From Candidatus Latescibacterota bacterium (GTDB taxonomy: Bacteria; Latescibacterota; UBA2968): a stretch of 64,000 bases of DNA. The position numbers and the translations under genes were made by a program. Shown piece by piece: positions 28,050 through 37,197 of the stretch. The stretch covers positions 1,024,001 to 1,088,000 of the forward strand of contig OZ241986.1 of NCBI GenBank assembly GCA_965204375.1, given 5' to 3'. A model generated the notes under the pieces. It was not told the DNA's origin. It did no database searches and saw only the letters and a program-made list of their open reading frames with translations. The stretch's first letter is position 1. Every line of letters begins with the position of its first letter.

Positions 28050-29696
28050 ATGATTGATTCCCGAATTTTCACCTGTATTAAAAATGCCAACTCCCACACC
28101 TATCGCTTTCCGTGGCGGAACTTTACGCATCTCTTAAAAGATCGCGCAGAGCGTCAGCCAGATAAGCCCGCGTTGATCTTTTGCAATTGCGATACGGATG
28201 CTCGCACGGTTATTACCTATTCTGAATTTGAACGCCTCACCGCCTCACTTGCAGGTCTGATGCACCGCGAATACGGTATAAGATGCGGCGATTGCGTCGG
28301 TCTGGCCTTGCCCAATTGTGCAGAAATTCCCCTGCTTACCCTTGCCCTTTTTCGCCTCGGCGCAACTTCTGTTCCTCTCGATATTGCCAAAGATGTTCCC
28401 GAGCGCAAGCGCTACAAACTGCAGAATGCCGGAGCTAAGCTGCTCGTTGTTTTGCCCGAACATGCAGAAATTCAACGCCGCGCATTACCCGATATCCAGA
28501 TTGCGACAACAGAGCAGTTGCTCGCCGCCGATGGATATGACGCGGTGGATATCGAGCCTGAGTGGTCTGGCGATCCAGAAGGCGAACAAAACACCAGCAT
28601 TGTGCTGTACACATCGGGTACAACAGGCCAGCCCAAAGGCGCGTGTATTACCCGACAAAGCCTCACTTCCAATGCCGATGGCATCATTCGCTGGCTCGGA
28701 TTTGATGCACGCGAACGCCTCAACCTCGTTTTACCACTCCATCATATCAATTCCACTACGTTCTCGATCACCAGTTTCATGGTGGGGGGGAGCCTTGTGC
28801 TCAACTCGCGCTACAGCGTTTCGGCGTTCTGGCGTATCATATCGCGGGAGCGGGCGACATCTGCGAGTATTGTACCGACGATTATGGCCGACTTGCTCGC
28901 CCGCGCCGATGACTTTGAGCGCGAGGGCTATGACATATCACCACTAAAAAAAATTATGATCGGTTCGGCACCTGTCCCGCCCAATATTGCCTGCCAGTTT
29001 GTCGATCGCTTTGGCGTTCGTCTCGTTCAAGGGTATGGCTCAACCGAAGTCAGTTTGCGCGTTACCGGCGTACCGCCCGGTTTGCCCGATGAACAGTACC
29101 GCGATGTGCTGGAACAAAATGCCATTGGTGTTGAGCTTGCCAATAATAATATAAGAATTGATGGTGGGAGAAACGAAGGCGATGTCGGTGAAATTCTCGT
29201 GCGCGGTCCCGTGGTTGCCAATGGCTACCTCAACCAGTCCAAAGACACTTCCGAAGTTTTTTGCAATGGCTGGTTCCGCAGTGGCGACATGGGGTATTTC
29301 CGAGACATGTATAACCATCGTTTCTACTTTATGCACGGTCGAAAAAAAGAAATCATCATCAAAGGCGGTGTCAATATATCACCCATCGCGGTTGAAAATG
29401 CCCTGCTCGACGCCTGTCCAGAACTCGACGCTGTTTATGTGATCGGCCTTCGTCATGACCGATGGGGGGAAGACGTTTGTGCAGTCGCTATTTTTAGATC
29501 TGAGATTGACCAGCCCAAAGCTGCCCAGGATATTCTCAGACGCGGACAAAACGGCCAAATCCCGGGCCTGAGTACCTATGAAGCTCCTTCGCGCATTATC
29601 CCAATTACATCTGAAGATCGTCCGTTGACCTCTACGGGTAAAGTGCAGCGCAGCACCCTGCAAGAGATTATCCAAAACCAGATTGACGATACTTAA
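28050..29696 (+). CDS. AMP-dependent acyl-CoA synthetase
   Basis: YTSGTTGQPKG, GYGSTE, FRSGD and TSTGKVQR motifs. Confidence 0.9.
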   Translation: MIDSRIFTCIKNANSHTYRFPWRNFTHLLKDRAERQPDKPALIFCNCDTDARTVITYSEFERLTASLAGLMHREYGIRCGDCVGLALPNCAEIPLLTLALFRLGATSVPLDIAKDVPERKRYKLQNAGAKLLVVLPEHAEIQRRALPDIQIATTEQLLAADGYDAVDIEPEWSGDPEGEQNTSIVLYTSGTTGQPKGACITRQSLTSNADGIIRWLGFDARERLNLVLPLHHINSTTFSITSFMVGGSLVLNSRYSVSAFWRIISRERATSASIVPTIMADLLARADDFEREGYDISPLKKIMIGSAPVPPNIACQFVDRFGVRLVQGYGSTEVSLRVTGVPPGLPDEQYRDVLEQNAIGVELANNNIRIDGGRNEGDVGEILVRGPVVANGYLNQSKDTSEVFCNGWFRSGDMGYFRDMYNHRFYFMHGRKKEIIIKGGVNISPIAVENALLDACPELDAVYVIGLRHDRWGEDVCAVAIFRSEIDQPKAAQDILRRGQNGQIPGLSTYEAPSRIIPITSEDRPLTSTGKVQRSTLQEIIQNQIDDT

Positions 29697-29782
29697 ACCC
29701 CCTGTCTGCGATTGACACAATTTGTCTGGTGTATTATATACCTGCGTGGGGACTGGCTACTGACCACTTTCTGGTGATTGTC

Positions 29783-30103
29783 ATGATGCGTATTTTTCTC
29801 CTTCTTTTTCGTCTCTTGCGCGTACGCGGTGTATTGTCAATCATCTCTCGACTCCCAAAATACTTGCGCCTTACCTGGCGACTCTTATGGGATTCCCGCA
29901 TACCTTTATTGCCCAAAATGTTTGTCGTTTTAACTGTTTTATACGGGCTTTCTCCCTTTGATATTATCCCAGAAGCGATTCTTCCCCATATCGGATTGGG
30001 AGATGACATCGTGTTTGTTATCCTGTCTATTCGCAATTTGATCGCGGCCAGTCCGCAGAATATCGTTCAGGAACACGCCCGCAAGATTGCAGAGAAATCG
30101 TGA
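29783..30103 (+). CDS. YkvA/DUF1232 family membrane protein
   Basis: YGLSPFDIIPE..P.IGLGDD signature. Confidence 0.85.
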   Translation: MMRIFLLLFRLLRVRGVLSIISRLPKYLRLTWRLLWDSRIPLLPKMFVVLTVLYGLSPFDIIPEAILPHIGLGDDIVFVILSIRNLIAASPQNIVQEHARKIAEKS

Positions 30104-30106
30104 TTT

Positions 30107-31231
30107 ATGTCCCGCCTGGATTTCAAAACACAGATCGCCGCCGATCTTCTGACCTGGTATCGCGAACACAAACGCGATTTGCCATGGCGGCAGACAGACG
30201 ATCCCTATCGCATCCTGCTGTCTGAGTTTATGCTCCAGCAAACACAGGTCAATACTGTTATTCCCTATTACCATCGTTTTCTCGACCGTTTTCCCACGGT
30301 TTACGACCTCGCCAGGGCATCACAGGATGATATCCTCAAAGCCTGGGAAGGATTGGGCTATTACGCTCGCGCCCGCAATTTGCACAAAGCCGCGCATTCT
30401 ATTGCTATGGACTTTGGCGGCACCGTGCCCGATACTTACGATGAACTCAAATCCCTGCCAGGATTTGGGCCTTATACCACAGCCGCAGTTTTGAGCATTG
30501 CTTATGATCGCGACCATGCCGTGCTCGATGGCAATGTTATTCGCGTTATCACGCGCCTCTTTGATATCGGCGACGATGTCACGCAAACCCGCGTCAAAAA
30601 TCAGCTATGGGATCTCGCCCAGGCTCTGTTGCCAAAAGGTGAAGCTGGCACCTACAATCAGGCGATTATGGAACTCGGCGCAATGGTCTGCACCGCCAAA
30701 AATCCGGTGTGCGATCAGTGTCCCGTGCAAAAATACTGTGCAGCGTACCGAGTGGGCAATCCGCAGCGTCTGCCCGTCAAAGGAAAAAGGAAGCCGCGTC
30801 CTCATCACACGCTGTGTGCGGGCATTGTGTGGCACAATGACAAAGTGCTCATTACCCAGCGTCCGCAAAATGGCTTGCTCGGCGGGCTTTGGGAATTTCC
30901 CGCAGGAACGCAACAGGAGGGGGAATCTCTGCAAGATACCTGTATGCGAGGGATAAGAGAAACTACGGGTATTGATGTCGAAATCAGCGATCGCTACCGC
31001 ACCGTCAAACACGCTTTTACACACTTCAGTATCACCCTGCACACTTTCCAGTGTCACTATGTCAAAGGCAGAGCGCGTCCACTCCTGTGTGACAATCTCG
31101 CCTGGGTTGTGCGTGCCGAGTTCAATGCTTATGCTTTTTCTCGCACCAGTCGCAAACTCATTGAGTATCTACAACAAGATGTCCAACCCGACCTTTTTGC
31201 ATTTGAAAACAATATCAGGGAGGTTCCATGA
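30107..31231 (+). CDS. mutY: A/G-specific adenine glycosylase
   Basis: RDLPWR, SEFMLQQTQV, WEGLGYY, HhH-GPD and Fe-S cluster CTAKNPVCDQCP. Confidence 0.97.
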   Translation: MSRLDFKTQIAADLLTWYREHKRDLPWRQTDDPYRILLSEFMLQQTQVNTVIPYYHRFLDRFPTVYDLARASQDDILKAWEGLGYYARARNLHKAAHSIAMDFGGTVPDTYDELKSLPGFGPYTTAAVLSIAYDRDHAVLDGNVIRVITRLFDIGDDVTQTRVKNQLWDLAQALLPKGEAGTYNQAIMELGAMVCTAKNPVCDQCPVQKYCAAYRVGNPQRLPVKGKRKPRPHHTLCAGIVWHNDKVLITQRPQNGLLGGLWEFPAGTQQEGESLQDTCMRGIRETTGIDVEISDRYRTVKHAFTHFSITLHTFQCHYVKGRARPLLCDNLAWVVRAEFNAYAFSRTSRKLIEYLQQDVQPDLFAFENNIREVP

Positions 31232-32046
31232 AACTCGAAAACAAAATCGCGCTTATAACAGGCGCGGGATCGGGCATTGGCAAAGCCATTGCGCTCGAAA
31301 TGGGTAGCGCAGGCGCGCATATTGCCGTTAACGATCTCACTGCCGAAACTGCCGAAACCACCGCACACCAGATCAAAGCTCTCGGGCGCGGGGCTCTTGT
31401 CATTCCCGCAGATGTGGCCGACTCGGGGCAGGTCGAGAATATGGTTCAGCAGACGCTCAATCGCTTTGGGCGCATCGATATTCTGGTCAATAATGCCGGT
31501 GTGTACATTCCCCAGGACGGTGGCGTTACAGCTATTACAGATGAGGCGTGGCAGCGCATTCTCGATGTCAATCTCAACGGGCCTTTTTATTGCAGCCGCG
31601 CTGTTGTCAAAGACATGATAGCACGCAAGCAGGGCGGCAAAATTATTAATATTTCGTCTGTGCAGGCCGAAGTTGCGCATTTCGACGCTTCTGCCTATCA
31701 GCCTTCTAAAGCCGCTGTGGTTATGCTCACGCGAACCCTTGCCGTGGAACTTGCTCCTTACAAAATCAATGTCAATGCCATTGGTCCGGGGGCTATTGCA
31801 TCCGAAGGTATGGGCGCGTCACTTGGTCTTGAAGTTATCGATGCCTACCGCAAACGCATTCCCTGGGGTGCTCGCGGATATACCCGCGATATTGGAACTG
31901 TCGCCACCTTTCTGGCTTCGGAAGATGCGCGCTATATCACGGGCCAAAACATCTATGTCGATGGCGGTTATTTGTCCGATAGCACACCGACAGAGTTAAA
32001 ATCGCAAGATCATCCCGTTCCACCAGACGACCCGGATCCGAAATAA
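31228..32046 (+). CDS. SDR family oxidoreductase
   Basis: TGAGSGIG, NNAG and YQPSK motifs. Confidence 0.9.
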   Translation: MKLENKIALITGAGSGIGKAIALEMGSAGAHIAVNDLTAETAETTAHQIKALGRGALVIPADVADSGQVENMVQQTLNRFGRIDILVNNAGVYIPQDGGVTAITDEAWQRILDVNLNGPFYCSRAVVKDMIARKQGGKIINISSVQAEVAHFDASAYQPSKAAVVMLTRTLAVELAPYKINVNAIGPGAIASEGMGASLGLEVIDAYRKRIPWGARGYTRDIGTVATFLASEDARYITGQNIYVDGGYLSDSTPTELKSQDHPVPPDDPDPK

Positions 32047-32047
32047 T

Positions 32048-32794
32048 ATGATTCCAAAAAATCTCACCAATAGAACGGCCATTATCACCGGTGCCGCACA
32101 GGGTATTGGAAAAGCGATTGCCATACGCCTTGCTAAGGCCGGTGCAACTGTGGCGATTGCCGATCTCAATCTGGACAGCGCGCGCGAAACGGCTCGAGAA
32201 ATCGGGGCAGATGCATTGGCTCTGTCGCTCGATGTTGCAAATGCCGAGCGTGTGCAGAATACCGTTGATGAATGTCTCAATACCTGGGGGCGTATTGACA
32301 TCCTTGTCAACAACGCGGGTATTGTGGGGCGCGATGTGCCCGTCAAAGATCTCACGGAAGGGGATTGGGATCAGGTGTTCGATATCAATCTCAAGGGGAC
32401 TTTTCTGTGTTCGCGCGCCGTAATCGCGCCTATGCTCAACCAAAAAAAAGGTGCTATAGTCTCGGTCGCCTCCATAGCAGGCAAAGAAGGCAATCCCAGC
32501 ATGGCACCTTATTCGGTCTCTAAAGCGGGTATTATATGTTTTACCAAGGTCCTGGCAAAAGAGCATCTCGAGGACAATATTCGCGTCAATTGCGTCTCGC
32601 CAGCTCTGATCGAAACCCCACTTTTGGCAGATGTGGAGCCAGAGCAACTCGATTACATGACGTCCAAAATTCCCCTCGGTCGCCTCGGTCAGCCGGAAGA
32701 AGTCGCGGCTGTTGTCCACTTTCTCGCATCTGACGATGCTTCTTTTGTGACCGGGCAGTGTTATGATGTCAGCGGTGGCAGGGCGACGTATTAA
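32048..32794 (+). CDS. SDR family oxidoreductase
   Basis: TGAAQGIG, NNAG and YSVSK motifs. Confidence 0.9.
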   Translation: MIPKNLTNRTAIITGAAQGIGKAIAIRLAKAGATVAIADLNLDSARETAREIGADALALSLDVANAERVQNTVDECLNTWGRIDILVNNAGIVGRDVPVKDLTEGDWDQVFDINLKGTFLCSRAVIAPMLNQKKGAIVSVASIAGKEGNPSMAPYSVSKAGIICFTKVLAKEHLEDNIRVNCVSPALIETPLLADVEPEQLDYMTSKIPLGRLGQPEEVAAVVHFLASDDASFVTGQCYDVSGGRATY

Positions 32795-32800
32795 TAGGAT

Positions 32801-32965
32801 TTACCCAAGCGGTCGCGCACTGAACACTTCTCTCAAATAGAGAACGACCCACCCGATAGCCGTCACCGCTATCGCCACACCCACAGCAATCAGACACAGC
32901 AGCCATCCCGGAGTTCGAGCATCTGGATCGTGATAGGGGTTTCGTCGGGGGTCGTCCCAGCGCAT
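32801..32965 (-). CDS. Small single-TM membrane protein (54 aa, below ORF-track cutoff)
   Basis: MRWDDPRRNPYHDPDARTPGWLLCLIAVGVAIAVTAIGWVVLYLREVFSARPLG; AGGA RBS; fills the intergenic gap. Confidence 0.6.
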   Translation of the reverse strand: MRWDDPRRNPYHDPDARTPGWLLCLIAVGVAIAVTAIGWVVLYLREVFSARPLG

Positions 32966-33000
32966 GGTCGTGTCCTGAGTGGTATCAGCAATTCATCATC

Positions 33001-33435
33001 TTATAGATCTTCTGAAAATTCGGTGCCTTCTGGTACATCTGTATCGCTTTCAAAACAGATGCGAAATCCATCCGGGTCGTTCAATGAAACAACCCACATT
33101 CCGTTTCCCACAAAGGGATTCGATACCTCGATACCACGATTCTTGATTCTGCGATAGATCGCCAGGGCATCTTCGCACATGAATACAATCGAGACACCTT
33201 CGCCTACTTTTCCTTCGGGCACCCACGAATTGCGTCCTTCCTTTCGAAATTCCTGTAACATCAGCGCGGCGTCCCCACATTGGAGCCAGCACCAGCGAAG
33301 TCTCCCATCCGGTTCCCATTTATGGACCATTTCAAATCCGAGATCCTCGACATAGAAGCGAACAGACGCTTTGATGTTTGATACAGAAAAAAATGGGACT
33401 GCCTGTTTGACATTTGGTTTTGCTTCAGCGTTCAT
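33001..33435 (-). CDS. VOC/glyoxalase/bleomycin-resistance family protein
   Basis: VSNIKASVRFYVEDLGF ... DPDGFRICF; AAGGAG RBS. Confidence 0.9.
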   Translation of the reverse strand: MNAEAKPNVKQAVPFFSVSNIKASVRFYVEDLGFEMVHKWEPDGRLRWCWLQCGDAALMLQEFRKEGRNSWVPEGKVGEGVSIVFMCEDALAIYRRIKNRGIEVSNPFVGNGMWVVSLNDPDGFRICFESDTDVPEGTEFSEDL

Positions 33436-33468
33436 TGTTCGCTCCTTATGTTTTTAGGGGCTTGCTCT

Positions 33469-33627
33469 TTATTGGAAGATGTAAAATTCTGCAATGACGG
33501 GATCAATGCCGCGCAAATAGAGCAACGAGATTATTGCGAGGATAATAAAGATAGCGACACAGAGGAGCACAAATCCATGTTTTTGATACCACCATTTGGG
33601 GCGGGGGGGGATGTTGGGATCATTCAT
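33469..33627 (-). CDS. Small single-TM membrane protein (52 aa, below ORF-track cutoff)
   Basis: MNDPNIPPRPKWWYQKHGFVLLCVAIFIILAIISLLYLRGIDPVIAEFYIFQ; ATGA overlap with the rdgB stop. Confidence 0.65.
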   Translation of the reverse strand: MNDPNIPPRPKWWYQKHGFVLLCVAIFIILAIISLLYLRGIDPVIAEFYIFQ

Positions 33628-34229
33628 GGTATGGACGCGCTGAAAAGGTCGAGAATGCAGGGCAAGATGGCACGCAGAGCCTGGCCCCGGTGACTGATAC
33701 GATTTTTTTCGTCAGAAGATAGCTCGGCGGAAGTGGCGTTGCAGGTGGGAACGTAAAAGAGTGGGTCGTAACCAAAGCCATTCTCTCCTCGGGGTGTTGT
33801 GAGGATGCGCCCCTTCCATATAGCTTCGGTGGTCTGTACGCGACCATCGGGTGTGGCAAGGGCCATCGCGCAGCAAAAGTGCGCTGTGCGTTGTTTCGCG
33901 GGAATGGCGTGCAGATTTTCGACGAGTTTGGCATTGTTCGTCTCATCTGTGGCGTTCTCTCCGGCGTAACGCGCAGAATATATGCCGGGTGCGCCGTTTA
34001 AGGCGTCAACCACAAGTCCGGAGTCATCGGCTAAAGCAGGCAAGCCCGTGTATTTTGCAATTTCACGGGCTTTTTTTTCGGCATTGGCTTCAAAGGTTTC
34101 GCCGTCTTCGATTACTTCGGGTGCGTTGGGAAACGCATCGAGCGATAGGACCTGAATATCAGAGCCGAGCATGTCCTGGATTTCCCTGAGCTTGCCCTGA
34201 TTGCGCGTGGCGAGTATGAGGATAGGCAT
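33624..34229 (-). CDS. rdgB: Non-canonical purine NTP pyrophosphatase (RdgB/HAM1)
   Basis: ATRNQGK, ADDSGL, GFGYDP and KNRISHR motifs. Confidence 0.95.
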   Translation of the reverse strand: MPILILATRNQGKLREIQDMLGSDIQVLSLDAFPNAPEVIEDGETFEANAEKKAREIAKYTGLPALADDSGLVVDALNGAPGIYSARYAGENATDETNNAKLVENLHAIPAKQRTAHFCCAMALATPDGRVQTTEAIWKGRILTTPRGENGFGYDPLFYVPTCNATSAELSSDEKNRISHRGQALRAILPCILDLFSASIP

Positions 34230-34234
34230 GGGTT

Positions 34235-34260
34235 TGAAGTGTGAAGTGTGAAGTGTGAAG
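34235..34260. repeat. Heptamer tandem repeat (TGAAGTG)x3.7
   Basis: Read directly in the rph-rdgB intergenic region. Confidence 0.85.
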
Positions 34261-34284
34261 GAAGAAATGTAGGGTAACTGGCTA

Positions 34285-35001
34285 TTATTGTGCCAGAACA
34301 TCACGCTGGAGTTGGGTGATGTCGGAGATGCCCTTTTGGCCTAGGGCGATGAGGTGTTGCATCTGGTCGAATGTGAAGGGATTTCCTTCGGCTGTGCCCT
34401 GCACCTCGACAAAGTTGCCCTGACCGGTCATGACGATATTCATATCCACTTCGGCTGTTGCATCTTCGGCATAACACAAATCGAGCATGGGCGTGTTGCC
34501 AATGATGCCCACGCTGACGGCTGCGACGGAATCGCCAAGAGGATTCTTTGTAATACGGTCCTCATTTTTGAGCTTGTCAATCGCATCGACGACTGCAACA
34601 TAAGCTCCCGAAATTGAGGCTGTGCGGGTGCCGCCATCGGCTTGTAACACATCGCAGTCGATCCAGAGGGTACGCGAACCGAGTTTTTTGAGGTCGATCA
34701 CAGCGCGCAGTGCGCGTCCAATTAAGCGTTGAATTTCCTGGGTTCGGCCTTTAGTACCGCGCGTTTCGCGCTCGCTGCGCGTATGGGTCGAACGGGGCAA
34801 CATGGCGTATTCCGCCGTGATCCAGCCCGTGTTTTTGCCCACGAGAAAATGGGGTACGCGGTTCTCAACACTGGCTGTGCATATAACGTGTGTGTCACCC
34901 ATTTTGATCAGTGCCGATCCCTCGGCGTGTTTCATAAATCCGCGTTCAATACTCACGGGACGCAATTGATCTGGGAGGCGTCCATCTATGCGCTGGCTCA
35001 T
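34285..35001 (-). CDS. rph: Ribonuclease PH
   Basis: [33 protein letters not shown] and EVQGTAE motifs. Confidence 0.97.
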   Translation of the reverse strand: MSQRIDGRLPDQLRPVSIERGFMKHAEGSALIKMGDTHVICTASVENRVPHFLVGKNTGWITAEYAMLPRSTHTRSERETRGTKGRTQEIQRLIGRALRAVIDLKKLGSRTLWIDCDVLQADGGTRTASISGAYVAVVDAIDKLKNEDRITKNPLGDSVAAVSVGIIGNTPMLDLCYAEDATAEVDMNIVMTGQGNFVEVQGTAEGNPFTFDQMQHLIALGQKGISDITQLQRDVLAQ

Positions 35002-35016
35002 AAATGCTCCTTGTTC

Positions 35017-35880
35017 TTACCGTGGATCGATCCATTTCTCTTCGGGATTGCCCAATTCGCGGAAGTCTTGCCCGGTGACGTGGATGATATGACACATTTC
35101 GAGAAAGCGAGAATAGATGCGCCCCTGTGCGAGATCTTTCAATTCATCAACTTTCTGATTTGTGGTCACAAAGGTGAGGCGTTGATTGGCATAGCGGGCG
35201 TCAATGAGGTTGTAGAGAATTTCCATTTCCCATTCGGTATTGCGCTGCACGCCAAAGTCGTCAATGACGAGATAGGGAACATTGCTCAGTACATCAATCA
35301 TGGGCATTGCCTGCCCATGTGTATCACTGCTTTCGTCAAATGTGTGTCTGAGTTCGTGAAAGCTCTTTGAGAGGGAGATAAATTTGCCGGGTTTGACAAA
35401 TCGAAAAATGAGCTCGTTGAGCAAAATATAAGCAAAGTAAGTTTTTCCTCGGCCTGGCTCACCCCACAAATAGAAGCCTTTGATCGATGCTTTATTGCCG
35501 TAAATATTATCGACTAAGGTGCTAAAATAGGACTTGAGGAGTGCCGCTCCCTGGATGGTCTGCCCATTGTCATGCTGCACCTTAAAGTCCTTTAAAAACT
35601 TAAAGCGAAAAGGTGCAGGTATGCCCGATTTTCGGATGTATTTGTCAATGTGGATTATTTTTTTTCGAAAGGGATAACACGGGCACCAGGTGGGTTCGCC
35701 GCTCTTTGGATCCAGGGTCATAAAAGGCGGCTTGCCGCCGCATTGACAGTATCGACAGTGTTCGAGGACTTTTGGAGAGAGTGTGATTTTTCCGTGAAGC
35801 CCCGCTTCGACATGGGGGTCGTAGTCGTAGCCGAGGTCATTGGGGGGAAGGTCAATGCCTGTTGTTTGTGGAGATGTGAT
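35017..35880 (-). CDS. DnaC/IstB-like AAA+ ATPase with N-terminal Cys cluster (probable non-AUG start)
   Basis: GEPGRGKT, LVIDDFG, TTN and RIYSRF motifs; frame is open 54 codons upstream of the track ATG (35721) and encodes CRYCQCGG; ATC at 35880 follows GGAGG. Confidence 0.8.
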   Translation of the reverse strand: MTSPQTTGIDLPPNDLGYDYDPHVEAGLHGKITLSPKVLEHCRYCQCGGKPPFMTLDPKSGEPTWCPCYPFRKKIIHIDKYIRKSGIPAPFRFKFLKDFKVQHDNGQTIQGAALLKSYFSTLVDNIYGNKASIKGFYLWGEPGRGKTYFAYILLNELIFRFVKPGKFISLSKSFHELRHTFDESSDTHGQAMPMIDVLSNVPYLVIDDFGVQRNTEWEMEILYNLIDARYANQRLTFVTTNQKVDELKDLAQGRIYSRFLEMCHIIHVTGQDFRELGNPEEKWIDPR

Positions 35881-35883
35881 GAT

Positions 35884-36360
35884 TTACCTCCCGTTGTGAG
35901 TGCGTGTCTTTAACGCCTGTTCGACTTCGCGCTGGGCATCTCGGCGAGCAATATCGCGCCTCTTGTCAAATTGTTTTTTGCCGCGTGCCACGCCGAGTTC
36001 GACTTTGGCTTTGCCGCGTTTGAAATAGAGTTTGAGGGGAATTAATGTATGGCCTCTTTCGTTGATATATCCTCTCAGGCGATTGATTTCATGGCGGTGG
36101 AGCAGCAATTTGCGTTTGCGCTCGGTGTCGTGGTTAAACTGGTTGCCCTGTGCATATTCGCTGATATGCGTGTTGTGCAAATAAGCTTCCCCGTCCTCAA
36201 TGCGCGCGTAGCCATCTTTCAAATTGGCCCGGCCCTCGCGCAGGGCTTTGACTTCTGTGCCCCGCAATTGCAGGCCAGCTTCATAAGTGCTGAGGATGTG
36301 GTAGTCGCGCCGTGCTTTTCGGTTTTGCGCGATAATTTTGATACTTTCTGGCATTGGCAC
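35884..36360 (-). CDS. smpB: SsrA-binding protein
   Basis: [26 protein letters not shown] and GKKQFDKR motifs. Confidence 0.97.
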   Translation of the reverse strand: MPMPESIKIIAQNRKARRDYHILSTYEAGLQLRGTEVKALREGRANLKDGYARIEDGEAYLHNTHISEYAQGNQFNHDTERKRKLLLHRHEINRLRGYINERGHTLIPLKLYFKRGKAKVELGVARGKKQFDKRRDIARRDAQREVEQALKTRTHNGR

Positions 36361-36366
36361 CTCCGC

Positions 36367-37197
36367 TCATATATCGGGTTGCAGGATGTGCATGAGATGT
36401 TCGAGTTTTTCTGCGCGGTTTGGGTCATCCAAATTTAGATATGTATATCTGAGGTTATTCATCATGCGAAAGAGTGTGAAGGAGTTGCTGGCTTTAGAAA
36501 AAAGATCGTCCGAGATTTTTTCACCAATGAGATCGGCACATTCATTTGCCGTGAGAATCTGACCGCGGTTGTGTGGATCAATATAAATATGTTGATCGTT
36601 GTGGATGTATTTGACGATGTAGTGCTTGGGTAAAGCGACGCCTGAGATAGATAATTCAAGGCGTTGTGCGAGAATGAGATAGATGGCTGAGAGCGTGATC
36701 GGCCAGCCGCGCTTGCGATCGATTACACGATTGAAATACGTATCGTCGGGATCATAGTGTGTAGATGCGTGAAACCCTTGCTCGTCAAAGAGATAATGAT
36801 TGAGCGTGCGAATGATGCGAATGGGATGATCGTCGGGGGCAATCCTGGGTGCGAGCTCAAAGGCCATGTATCCCAGACGCGTTTTGTAAGCACTTTCATC
36901 GAGGTCGGGATATCCAAATCGCGCCAGCGCAAAGACGCCTTCTTCAAGGGCAATATCGCCGTGTTGGTCGCGTGTGAGATTGCGAAACCGCCTGTCCAGA
37001 GACGGTTCTCTAAATTGTCTGAGCACGCGGCTGACTTCTCGGTGTGCGCGCGAGTCTTCAGCGCAGGCACTGTGGATTTCGCGTGTGGCTTTTTCACCCA
37101 GATCATACAGCTTTTGGCGCAGGCGATCCGCGATGTCGGGAGAGCAGTCCGATAGAAGCGATACAATGGCGCGGATTTGTTCGGGGTGGAGTTTCAT
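36367..37197 (-). CDS. SirB1/transglutaminase-like protein
   Basis: LFDEQGF, VIDRKRG.PITLSAIY, LP.HYI and YIDP motifs. Confidence 0.8.
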   Translation of the reverse strand: MKLHPEQIRAIVSLLSDCSPDIADRLRQKLYDLGEKATREIHSACAEDSRAHREVSRVLRQFREPSLDRRFRNLTRDQHGDIALEEGVFALARFGYPDLDESAYKTRLGYMAFELAPRIAPDDHPIRIIRTLNHYLFDEQGFHASTHYDPDDTYFNRVIDRKRGWPITLSAIYLILAQRLELSISGVALPKHYIVKYIHNDQHIYIDPHNRGQILTANECADLIGEKISDDLFSKASNSFTLFRMMNNLRYTYLNLDDPNRAEKLEHLMHILQPDI

